Source: Clostridia bacterium (GTDB lineage: Bacteria; Bacillota; Clostridia; Christensenellales; CAG-314). From it: DNA of 33,016 nt. The stretch is from positions 1 to 33,016 of the forward strand of contig JAFVXX010000116.1 in NCBI GenBank assembly GCA_017500905.1, in the 5' to 3' direction. The notes under the pieces are model-generated. The model did not search any database. It was given only the letters and a program-made list of their open reading frames with translations, and was not told the origin of the DNA. The first letter of the stretch is position 1. The number at the start of each line of letters is the position of its first letter. The position numbers and the translations under genes are program-made. Positions 25,477-33,016 of this stretch are shown here, in pieces.

Positions 25477-26268
25477 ATGAAATACGTAGTAGTAACAGGT
25501 GCCAACGGCGGAATGGGCCGTGCCGTAGTAGAAAAACTTGCAAGCAGTGGTTACTTTGTGTTTGCTTTGGACAGACAATTGAGCGAGCCGTTTGACAACG
25601 TTTTGCCCCTTGCCGTGGACGTCACGGACACAGCCAGCGTGCAGCATGCATTTGACGTTGTAGCAAGTCACACCGACAATTTGTTTGCAGTGGTACACTT
25701 TGCCGGCATCTACCGTATGGATTCACTTGTGGAAATGGACGAAAAATCCTTTGCAGGCATATTTGACGTCAACGTCTTTGGCTGCTACAGGGTAAACAAG
25801 GCGTTTTTGCCCTTGCTTAAGCAAGGCAGCAAAATTGTAATTACCTCCAGCGAGCTTGCACCCCTTGACCCATTGCCCTTTACGGGCATTTACGGCATAA
25901 CCAAGTCCACGGTAGAAAAGTACGCCTTTTCGCTACGCATGGAGCTGCAGCTGCTGGGCATCAAGGTGGTAGTGTTGCGTCCGGGTGCAGTCAAAACCAA
26001 CATGCTGGGTGACTCTACCAGCCAGCTGGACCAATTTGTGTCGGGCACACAGCTGTACAGCTGCAATGCAGCAAGGTTTAAGGGCATTGTCGACAAGGTG
26101 GAGGCACGCAACGTTGCACCGCAAAGGGTTGCCAACAAAACGGCAAGGATACTAAGCAAGCGTCGCCCTCGCTACGTGTACAAAATCAATCGCAACCCCT
26201 TGCTGCTACTACTAAACGCACTACCGGATAGGTGGCAAACGGGCATAATCAAAATGATTTTGAAGTAA
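25477..26268 (+). CDS. Short-chain dehydrogenase/reductase (SDR), NAD(P)-dependent
   Basis: VVTGANGGMG Rossmann motif, DVTD, HFAG, catalytic TSS and YGITK (YxxxK), PGAVKT. Confidence 0.93.
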   Translation: MKYVVVTGANGGMGRAVVEKLASSGYFVFALDRQLSEPFDNVLPLAVDVTDTASVQHAFDVVASHTDNLFAVVHFAGIYRMDSLVEMDEKSFAGIFDVNVFGCYRVNKAFLPLLKQGSKIVITSSELAPLDPLPFTGIYGITKSTVEKYAFSLRMELQLLGIKVVVLRPGAVKTNMLGDSTSQLDQFVSGTQLYSCNAARFKGIVDKVEARNVAPQRVANKTARILSKRRPRYVYKINRNPLLLLLNALPDRWQTGIIKMILK

Positions 26269-26335
26269 TTTACAAGGACGGCTGTCAGTCCTTGTCCAAC
26301 AAGCATATAATATATTTAAGCAAGGAGAACAAACT

Positions 26336-26764
26336 ATGGATTGGAACAACACTTTTAGAGAATACGTCAATATGGACCCCAGCCTGCTGTACAACATTGC
26401 AACCAACAGCGCAGATGAAATTCAGTACACGCTGGAGGTTTACTTTGGCTATGGTCGCTCCAAAAGGCTAATGACACAAATTTTTGCCAGCTTTGCATCT
26501 GCAGACGACCGTACAACTCAGGCAGAGTACGACTTGTTTAGAAAGGTCACCGACACCTTGTTTGACGAGTACTACAGCTACAGCGAGTTTTGCGACATCG
26601 TCAGCGATTCGTACGATTGCGATTACGTAAGCACCGTAATGCCAATTGCAAGACAAAACGACGATTTGCGCAACGCCATCATACGTCTGGGACTGGCAGT
26701 ATGTGCAATTGACGATCGTATTTCGGTTGCAGAGCAAAACTTTGTTGCTTGGTTTGATCAATAA
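26336..26764 (+). CDS. TerB-like (tellurite resistance TerB / DjlA N-terminal-like) acidic protein
   Basis: Two internally similar motifs FASADDRTTQAEYDLF and VCAIDDRISVAEQNFV match the TerB pattern AD/IDxxxxxxE; AAGGAG RBS. Confidence 0.6.
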   Translation: MDWNNTFREYVNMDPSLLYNIATNSADEIQYTLEVYFGYGRSKRLMTQIFASFASADDRTTQAEYDLFRKVTDTLFDEYYSYSEFCDIVSDSYDCDYVSTVMPIARQNDDLRNAIIRLGLAVCAIDDRISVAEQNFVAWFDQ

Positions 26765-26784
26765 TTGATATGAATGGAGTAAAA

Positions 26785-27252
26785 ATGAATTATCAACAAC
26801 ATTTGCAAAACCTTCTTAATATAATAGTAGGCAAAAAGCTTAATCATCTAAAGCCTATTTTTGAAGTAATGTCGTTTGGCTTTGGAGAGTACGCTCTTCA
26901 CACATTGGGGCTAACACGCATTATTAAGGACAATGATATTCTTGTGACCACGCTAGATTATCAAAATTGGGATGGTGAAGAGGCGTTTAACAACGACGAA
27001 CACTATTTTATTAAAAAATTCAACGACCAAATAGTGGGTGGAGTTGTAACGTCTATAAAGGTTTCGCCTTTGTATGATTTGAAAATCGAAATGGACAATG
27101 GTGTAAGGGTAGAAGTATACGTTCAAAATGGGCATCATCATTTTGACCGAGATAACAATCAATGGTTGTTTTTCAAAGTAGATGAAGAAGGCGACAATGC
27201 ACCGTTTGTTTCTGTTTACAACAAAACGGTAGACATTACGGGGGAATGGTAG
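26785..27252 (+). CDS. Hypothetical protein, AT-rich gene
   Basis: GGAG at 26776-79 favours ATG 26785 (alternative 26770). Open frame of 155 codons, visibly more AT-rich than its neighbours. Confidence 0.7.
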   Translation: MNYQQHLQNLLNIIVGKKLNHLKPIFEVMSFGFGEYALHTLGLTRIIKDNDILVTTLDYQNWDGEEAFNNDEHYFIKKFNDQIVGGVVTSIKVSPLYDLKIEMDNGVRVEVYVQNGHHHFDRDNNQWLFFKVDEEGDNAPFVSVYNKTVDITGEW

Positions 27253-27296
27253 TATTTTTGCAGAGTGTAAAAGATCAATTTAAATAGCTAAAAGGC

Positions 27297-27316
27297 CACC
27301 TGTAAAGGTGTTTTTT
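27297..27316 (+). terminator. Weak Rho-independent terminator
   Basis: CACCT-gtaa-AGGTG followed by T6. Confidence 0.45.
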
Positions 27317-27319
27317 GTA

Positions 27320-27348
27320 TTGACAAAAAATGCTTGGTGGGGTATAAT
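27320..27348 (+). promoter_or_regulatory. Sigma-A promoter of the cysteine synthase-family gene
   Basis: Perfect TTGACA (27320-25), 17 bp, TATAAT (27343-48). Confidence 0.88.
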
Positions 27349-27420
27349 TTAATTCGCTAAAGCAATGCTTGTGGCAAAAGTGCCGCAACGTGAATAAAAT
27401 AGCTTTAAGGAAGTTTCAAA

Positions 27421-28347
27421 ATGATTTTAGACAACGTATTGCAAGCAATTGGCAACACTCCACTTGTAAGGCTTAACAGAGTGGTAGATAAAGACAGCGC
27501 CCAAATACTTGTAAAGGTAGAGGGCCTAAACGTAGGTGGCTCCATCAAGACACGCACGGCGTTTGCAATGATACAAGACGCCAAGCGTCGTGGTCTAATC
27601 AACGACGACACCGTAATTGTAGAGGCAACCAGCGGCAATCAAGGCATTGGCATTTCGCTGGTGGGTGCAGTGATGGGCAACAGGGTAGTGGTAGTAATGC
27701 CCGACTCGGTAAGCGAGGAAAGGCGCAAGCTTGTGCAGCTGTACGGCGCCGAGGTTGTGCTTGTGCACGACGAGGGCAAGGTGGACGACTGCTACAAAAA
27801 GTGCTTTGCTCTTGCAGAGAAAATGAGCAAGCAGCCCAATTACTTTTGGCCTCAACAATTTGAAAACCCCGAAAACTGCAAAGTGCACAATCAACAAACG
27901 GCAATGGAAATTGTCAATCAAGCAGGCTGCACAATCGACGGATTTTGCGCCGGCATTGGCACTGGTGGCACGCTGACGGGCGTTGGCACGGCATTGCGCC
28001 AAATCAATCCCGACATTGTCATTTGGGGCATCGAGCCTGCAACGGCATCGCCCTTGACGGGTGGGCAAATCGGCTCGCACGTTCAAATGGGTATTGGCGA
28101 CGGAATGGTGCCTCCCATCTTGGATTGCAGCGTGTTTGACAAGGTTGTCACCGTCACCGACCAAGAGGCAATCGAAATGGCACGTCAGCTTGGCAAATTG
28201 GAAGGCCTTGCTTGTGGCATTACAAGCGGCACCAACGTTGTAGTGGCAAAGCGTCTTGCAAAGCTGCTTGGTCCGGGCAAAACGGTAGTTACCGTGCTAC
28301 CCGACACGGCCGAAAGATACTTTTCGACACCATTGTTTCAGTTTTGA
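27421..28347 (+). CDS. cysK: PLP-dependent cysteine synthase family protein (CysK-like)
   Basis: IGNTPLVRL, KVEGLNVGGSIKTR (PLP Lys), EATSGNQG, QQFENPEN, GIGTGGT, QMGIG, EGLACGITSG, PDTAERYFST. Confidence 0.85.
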   Translation: MILDNVLQAIGNTPLVRLNRVVDKDSAQILVKVEGLNVGGSIKTRTAFAMIQDAKRRGLINDDTVIVEATSGNQGIGISLVGAVMGNRVVVVMPDSVSEERRKLVQLYGAEVVLVHDEGKVDDCYKKCFALAEKMSKQPNYFWPQQFENPENCKVHNQQTAMEIVNQAGCTIDGFCAGIGTGGTLTGVGTALRQINPDIVIWGIEPATASPLTGGQIGSHVQMGIGDGMVPPILDCSVFDKVVTVTDQEAIEMARQLGKLEGLACGITSGTNVVVAKRLAKLLGPGKTVVTVLPDTAERYFSTPLFQF

Positions 28348-28394
28348 CACAACAAGCCTAAATGGGCTTTGACAAACACAAAAGGAGAAGGCTT

Positions 28395-30005
28395 ATGAAA
28401 AAATCCATTGCTCTAATTTTGACGGCAGCGTTGTTGTTTGCTTTGACAACCTGTATGCTTACAGGCTGCAGCAAGCTGCCCGAAAAGCATCTCATTTTGG
28501 ATGCAGACGGCAACTACGGTGGCACGCTTGACGCAGCTCGCTACGGCGAGGGCGCACCACTAAACGGCATGTACGATCAAAAAAACTCGCAGTACTTTAC
28601 CGCTCCCGATTACTACAACATGCCAAGCACGGCAACTCGCACAATTTTCCCCAACTTTGCGCCTTATCAACAAACAATGAAGGATAGCAGTGGTGTTGCT
28701 TGCGCTTTGATGCTACTAAACTACTTTGGCGAAGACGTCAAAAACACCTACAACGAGTTGGCATTGGTAAACAAGTACGAGCAGCTTAACCAAGCCACCG
28801 TGTACGGCAACGGAACAACGGCCGACGGCCTTGTAAATTTGTTTACCGACCTTGGCTACGAGGCAGTTTCGGAAGAGTACGTGGAGTACTCGGCAGCAAC
28901 CGATGACAAAATTACTGACTTCAACATGTGGTTGGAAATGTACATCAACGATGGCAACTTTGTTTTGGTTAGATACAGAGACGACGTCAACGTTGGTTGG
29001 CACGTCATCATTGGCTACGACAACATGGGCACACCCAGCATCCCCAAGGACGACGTAATCATCTTTGCCGATCCATGGGACGGCTGGGACCACTACCAAG
29101 ACGGCTACACAACAAGTGGCTCGGGACGTTTTTACAGATGGTGGTTTGACAGCATCGAGTACACCGACGACGGCACAAAAATTACTCCAAGCCAAACCCG
29201 TGCGTTTGAAAACGTAATCGTAACCCCAAAGACACCAATTACCTTTGAACGTGTCGAAACGGACACCATGCCTACGCAAAAGGTGCCCGAGCATCACATG
29301 CTTCTTAATGCTGACGGCAGCTACGGTGGCACAACCAACGGCCTATTGTATGGCTCCATCAAGGAGAAAAACGGCTCGTCCGACCACTTGGACAAAACTT
29401 ACTACAAGTTTGTAGATTACTACAACATGAAGAGTACCTCCAGCCGTGTTATGCTTACCAATTACCGTGCATATCAACAAACCATGGCATCGTCTTGTGG
29501 TATTGCTGCAACAATGTCGGTGCTTAACTACTACGGACACGACATCGTTGGTACCTACAACGAAATTGCCCTTGTAGACAAGTATCACGAGCTTAACACC
29601 AACGAGCCCAACATCAAGGGTGTTGGCACAACCAGATTTGGTTTGCAAAAGATGCTGCAACACTACGGCTTTGATGCAACCATCACCCCTTACGAAAAGG
29701 AGGGCGACATCTACTTTGATACCTACCAAGCCTTTGTTGCTTGGGCAAAGGACGGACTAAGCAAGGGTATGCCTTTGACGATTTGCTTCAAGCCACACAG
29801 TGGTCACTGGGAAGTAATCATTGGCTACGACGACATGGGCACTCCATACGTGTACGACGACGTAGTAGTGCTTGCCGACCCTCACGACACCTTTGACCAC
29901 TACCAAGACGGCTACAACACCTTGTCGGCAATGACCTTTTACAGTCAATGGTACAACGGCAATTACAAGTGGCCACAAAAGTTTGTAATTTACCCAAACA
30001 AGTAA
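28395..30005 (+). CDS. Lipoprotein with two tandem papain-like (C39-like) cysteine peptidase domains
   Basis: AAGGAG RBS favours ATG 28395. Lipobox LTGC. Duplicated halves: HLILDADGNYGGT/HMLLNADGSYGGT, YQQTM, VIIGYD.MGTP...DDV...ADP.D..DHYQDGY. The second half has SCG and GHW. Confidence 0.85.
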   Translation: MKKSIALILTAALLFALTTCMLTGCSKLPEKHLILDADGNYGGTLDAARYGEGAPLNGMYDQKNSQYFTAPDYYNMPSTATRTIFPNFAPYQQTMKDSSGVACALMLLNYFGEDVKNTYNELALVNKYEQLNQATVYGNGTTADGLVNLFTDLGYEAVSEEYVEYSAATDDKITDFNMWLEMYINDGNFVLVRYRDDVNVGWHVIIGYDNMGTPSIPKDDVIIFADPWDGWDHYQDGYTTSGSGRFYRWWFDSIEYTDDGTKITPSQTRAFENVIVTPKTPITFERVETDTMPTQKVPEHHMLLNADGSYGGTTNGLLYGSIKEKNGSSDHLDKTYYKFVDYYNMKSTSSRVMLTNYRAYQQTMASSCGIAATMSVLNYYGHDIVGTYNEIALVDKYHELNTNEPNIKGVGTTRFGLQKMLQHYGFDATITPYEKEGDIYFDTYQAFVAWAKDGLSKGMPLTICFKPHSGHWEVIIGYDDMGTPYVYDDVVVLADPHDTFDHYQDGYNTLSAMTFYSQWYNGNYKWPQKFVIYPNK

Positions 30006-30015
30006 ATTGATACAC

Positions 30016-30045
30016 AAGCACTCAACTGCGGTTGGGTGCTTTTTT
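30016..30045 (+). terminator. Rho-independent terminator
   Basis: AAGCACTCAAC-tgcg-GTTGGGTGCTT followed by a T tract; a second hairpin lies at 30061-30088. Confidence 0.85.
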
Positions 30046-30138
30046 GTTGCTCAATTCGTCAAAAAAGGGTGTTTGTCGCCCTTTTTTTGCGTTGTATTGA
30101 TGGTACAATGAGGCAAAAGCATCTAAAGGAGTTTGACT

Positions 30139-32409
30139 TTGCTTAAAAAACTTACAAAAAAACAACTTTGCCTCAATCTTTCGGTTGCCCTGTTTATGCT
30201 TGCTTGTCAAAACCTGTTTGACGGCAGTCTGCTGTTTGGTGCCTACCTTGGTGGAGTTTGCTTTGCCAACGTCTACTTTTGCACGGCAGTTTTTGTAATA
30301 TGTGGATTGCTGCACGGGGCATCCATTTGGGTAGTAATCAGCAAGGCGTTGGTAGTGCTGGCGTGCACGGTGGTATATCGCTTGCTCAAACGCAGCTTCA
30401 ACAAGTGGACGGTGGCATTGCTGTACGTTGTTGCCAACGTGTTTTACCTTGTTTGGCGCACGGATGGCTACTTTGCCCTGTTTGACAAGCTAAGCTGGCT
30501 TGTTGTGGGCTTTGCCTTTACCTACGTTTGCATCTACACCTACAGGGCTGTGCTGGTCCGAGGGCTACGCTACCAGCCGGCATTGGACGAAAAAATTGCC
30601 ATTGGGCTGTTTGTCGTGGTGCTAAGCTACGCATTGGCAAAGTTCACCGTGTTTGATTACAACGTGCTTCAGCTTGTGGTGCCCTTTGCCTTGCTGTTTG
30701 TTTCGGTTACGGTGGACAACCAAACGGCGTTTGTTGCAGCCACTTTGTTTGGCGTAGGCCATTTGTTGGTGTATTTTGCCTTTGAGGTGCCCTGTATGTA
30801 CGTCGTAATGGCCCTTTCGTGCGTGCTGATGAACAACCTAAACAGGTTTGTATCGGCAGTGGCAGTGGTAATTTGCGACGTGCTGTTTGCTTACCTGTTT
30901 GATATATACCCCAACTTTACAGTATACAGCCTGCTGCCTACCTTTGTTTCGGCAACGGCGTTTTGCTTAGTGCCCGGCAAGGTGATACGCAACGCAGCAG
31001 ACATGCTATGTCAAAAGCAGCAATATTCGGGGCGTATGGTAATTACCAACTTTTGCAAAAGCCTGTCGCAAAAGCTTTACCGCCTGTCCGACGTATTTTT
31101 TGCAATGAAAAGCACCTTTGTATCCATGGCAATGCAGGCTGTAAGCAAGCAGGACGCTCAAATTGCCATCGTCAAGCAGGTGCAGGCAAGCGTATGCAAC
31201 GATTGCAAGCAAAAAAGCAATTGCTGGCGCAACAATCTGGAAAACACCGAGTCCAGCCTGCTTAGGCTCACCGAGTGCGCCCTAAGCCGTGGCAAGGTTA
31301 CTATTTTGGATATTTCACCCACGTTGTCCTTTAGGTGCGACAGGCTAAGCTTCATTTTGTCAACCATCAACACCCACGCCGAAAGCTTTTTGAGCTTTAT
31401 CAAAAAAAGCAAGGAGACGGACGGCAACAGGCTGCTTATTGGAGAGCAGCTGGGAGGAGTATCGCAAATTATGCAAAATCTTGCCAACGACTGCAAAACA
31501 AAGATTGTCTTTGACCAATCCAAGGAAAAGCAAATTGCCGAGGACCTTACCTTTCACAACGTGCTTACCAAGGAAACAATTTTTTTGGAGCAGGGCGACA
31601 GCGTTTCCGTAATTGTCACCGTTGCCCGTGCCGACTACGAGCAAGCCGTTGTCGAGCGCATAGTTTCTAATGCCGTCAAAAAGCAAATGCAGGTGCAAAA
31701 GGTGGAGTCCACCTCCAGCGACAAATGGATTTGCTTGTATCTTGCGCCCAAGCCACGCTTTTGTGTCAATTATGGCGTGGCAAGTGCCACCAAGCAGGGC
31801 AGTAGCCTTTCGGGCGATACGCACAGCTTTGTAAAGGTTGGCGACAGCAAGGTTATGTTTGCCGTATGTGACGGCATGGGTAGTGGCGCAGAGGCGGAAA
31901 AAATGAGCGACACAACCATTGGTTTGATAGAAAACTTTTACAAGGCAGGCTTTGACAACGACGTCATACTTAATTGCGTCAACAAGCTGCTGGGCAGCTT
32001 CAACACCGAAACCTTTACTGCTGTTGACGTTTGCGTTGTGGATTTACAAACCGGCCTTGCCGACTTCATCAAGTTGGGTGCAAGCAACGGCATGGTTAAG
32101 TGTGGTGGTCAGGTGCAGTACGTGTGCGGCAGCAGCTTGCCCATTGGCATATTAGATGAAACCAAGCCGTCCATATCCACCAAGGCCTTGTGCGATGGCG
32201 ACGTGGTGGTGCTGCTTAGCGACGGCGCTTGGGACAGCGTAGGCAATGCCGATTTGCTGGCAAATTGTCTTGCGCAAACCGTGCTGGTCAATCCCCAAGT
32301 GATAGCCAACGATTTGCTTTCAATGGTGCTTAGGCAATGCAACAGCATGCCAAAGGACGACGTCACCGTGCTGGTGGCAAGACTAAATCAACAAGGAGAC
32401 CAACAATGA
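30139..32409 (+). CDS. spoIIE: Stage II sporulation protein E (membrane-anchored PP2C phosphatase)
   Basis: About ten N-terminal TM segments; central VCNDCKQKSNCW and QLGGVSQIM; PP2C motifs SGD, VCDGMGSG, AVDVCVVDL, KLGA, LPIGIL, LSDG, KDDVTV. TTG 30139 is better spaced from AAGGAG than TTG 30133. Confidence 0.87.
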   Translation: MLKKLTKKQLCLNLSVALFMLACQNLFDGSLLFGAYLGGVCFANVYFCTAVFVICGLLHGASIWVVISKALVVLACTVVYRLLKRSFNKWTVALLYVVANVFYLVWRTDGYFALFDKLSWLVVGFAFTYVCIYTYRAVLVRGLRYQPALDEKIAIGLFVVVLSYALAKFTVFDYNVLQLVVPFALLFVSVTVDNQTAFVAATLFGVGHLLVYFAFEVPCMYVVMALSCVLMNNLNRFVSAVAVVICDVLFAYLFDIYPNFTVYSLLPTFVSATAFCLVPGKVIRNAADMLCQKQQYSGRMVITNFCKSLSQKLYRLSDVFFAMKSTFVSMAMQAVSKQDAQIAIVKQVQASVCNDCKQKSNCWRNNLENTESSLLRLTECALSRGKVTILDISPTLSFRCDRLSFILSTINTHAESFLSFIKKSKETDGNRLLIGEQLGGVSQIMQNLANDCKTKIVFDQSKEKQIAEDLTFHNVLTKETIFLEQGDSVSVIVTVARADYEQAVVERIVSNAVKKQMQVQKVESTSSDKWICLYLAPKPRFCVNYGVASATKQGSSLSGDTHSFVKVGDSKVMFAVCDGMGSGAEAEKMSDTTIGLIENFYKAGFDNDVILNCVNKLLGSFNTETFTAVDVCVVDLQTGLADFIKLGASNGMVKCGGQVQYVCGSSLPIGILDETKPSISTKALCDGDVVVLLSDGAWDSVGNADLLANCLAQTVLVNPQVIANDLLSMVLRQCNSMPKDDVTVLVARLNQQGDQQ

Positions 32410-33016
32410 GCAACCTTTCACCCTGGGTATATATCGAGCCATCCGTAAGGCTTGGCAGCAACGTAACCATTGCACCCTTTGTGGTGCTTCGTGGCAACAC
32501 GGTGGTGGGCGACAACGTCATGCTGGGCAGCTTTTGCAGCATTGTCGACAGCACCATAGGCAGTGGCACAATGATTGACAGCAGCAATCTTGATGGTGCC
32601 GTTGTTGGCTGCAATTGCCAAATTGGGCCTTTTGCGCATCTTCGCCAAGGCACGGTTGTACAAGACAACTGCAGGGTGGGTAACTTTGTAGAAACCAAAA
32701 ACGCCACCTTGGGACGTGGCACAAAGGCAAGCCACCTGGCGTATCTTGGCGACGCCACCTTTGGCGAAGACTGCAACGTTGGTTGCGGTGTAATCGTTGT
32801 CAACTACGACGGCACGGCAAAGCACAACACAACGGTGGGCAACAACGTTTTTGTAGGGTGCAACAGCAACCTAATTGCCCCTGTAACAATTGGCGACGAC
32901 GTGTTTGTTGCCTGTGGCACCACGGTAGATGGCAACCTTCCCAACGGCTGTATGGCAATAGGCAGGGTGCGTCAGCAAGTAAAGCCCAACTACCCCCACA
33001 AATACCTCAAACGCCC
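32406..33016 (+). CDS. glmU: Stand-alone GlmU C-terminal domain (glucosamine-1-phosphate N-acetyltransferase, left-handed beta helix), 3'-truncated by the window edge
   Basis: Absent from the ORF track because there is no stop in the window. Hand translation from ATG 32406 (AAGGAG RBS, ATGA overlap with spoIIE): MSNLSPWVYIEPSVRLGSNVTIAPFVVLRGNTVVG...IGPFAHLR...VGNFVETKNA...KASHLAYLGDA...NVGCG...NYDGTAKHNTTVG...FVGCNSNLIAPVTIG...MAIGRVRQ. Confidence 0.88.
   Translation, partial: MSNLSPWVYIEPSVRLGSNVTIAPFVVLRGNTVVGDNVMLGSFCSIVDSTIGSGTMIDSSNLDGAVVGCNCQIGPFAHLRQGTVVQDNCRVGNFVETKNATLGRGTKASHLAYLGDATFGEDCNVGCGVIVVNYDGTAKHNTTVGNNVFVGCNSNLIAPVTIGDDVFVACGTTVDGNLPNGCMAIGRVRQQVKPNYPHKYLKR

Noticed and set aside
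26272-26295. Hairpin acaaggac/gtccttgt after the SDR gene as a terminator
   Set aside because: It has an 8-bp stem but no U-tract, so it is not called as a terminator, and its function is unclear.
1273-30138. ORF-track start codons at 1273, 22245, 26770, 28362 and 30133
   Set aside because: Downstream starts (1303, 22257, 26785, 28395, 30139) have properly spaced Shine-Dalgarno sequences and, where testable, match paralog N-termini or give normal signal peptides.
12266-32825. Other minus-strand and alternate-frame ORFs overlapping called genes (e.g. 15525-16703, 18005-18646, 21600-22238, 27595-28164, 28716-29297, 32363-32803)
   Set aside because: Each overlaps a well-supported + strand gene and lacks family motifs. 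The two ORFs near 32400-32800 lie opposite the GlmU-like frame that the track missed.

Overview
Bacterial chromosomal DNA with every credible gene on the + strand. A spoIIE gene, consensus sigma-A promoters and lipoprotein-anchored surface proteins point to a spore-forming Firmicute, probably Clostridia (inference). The left end holds a partial alpha/beta hydrolase, three tandem paralogous zinc-ribbon membrane proteins, and an 860-bp non-coding region with repeats and phased A/T tracts. The centre (3160-25373, about 22 kb) is an eight-gene co-directional locus bounded by a promoter and a strong terminator. In order it encodes: a 2790-aa lipoprotein (InlB B-repeats, Fn3-like modules, BspA-type LRRs), a 3-TM membrane protein, a MoxR AAA+ ATPase, DUF58, a BatA-type vWA protein, a double-vWA/GATase-like membrane protein, a second BspA-LRR lipoprotein, and an Ig-like plus alpha-helical lipoprotein. 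This MoxR/vWA core packaged with LRR surface lipoproteins is the best candidate for an undescribed system. The right part encodes an SDR oxidoreductase, a TerB-like protein, an AT-rich hypothetical, a divergent cysteine-synthase-family enzyme, a lipoprotein with tandem C39-like peptidase domains (the first apparently inactive), SpoIIE, and a stand-alone GlmU acetyltransferase domain running off the edge. No rRNA, tRNA, CRISPR array or transposase was recognised. All domain calls come from motif recognition by eye, not from database searches.
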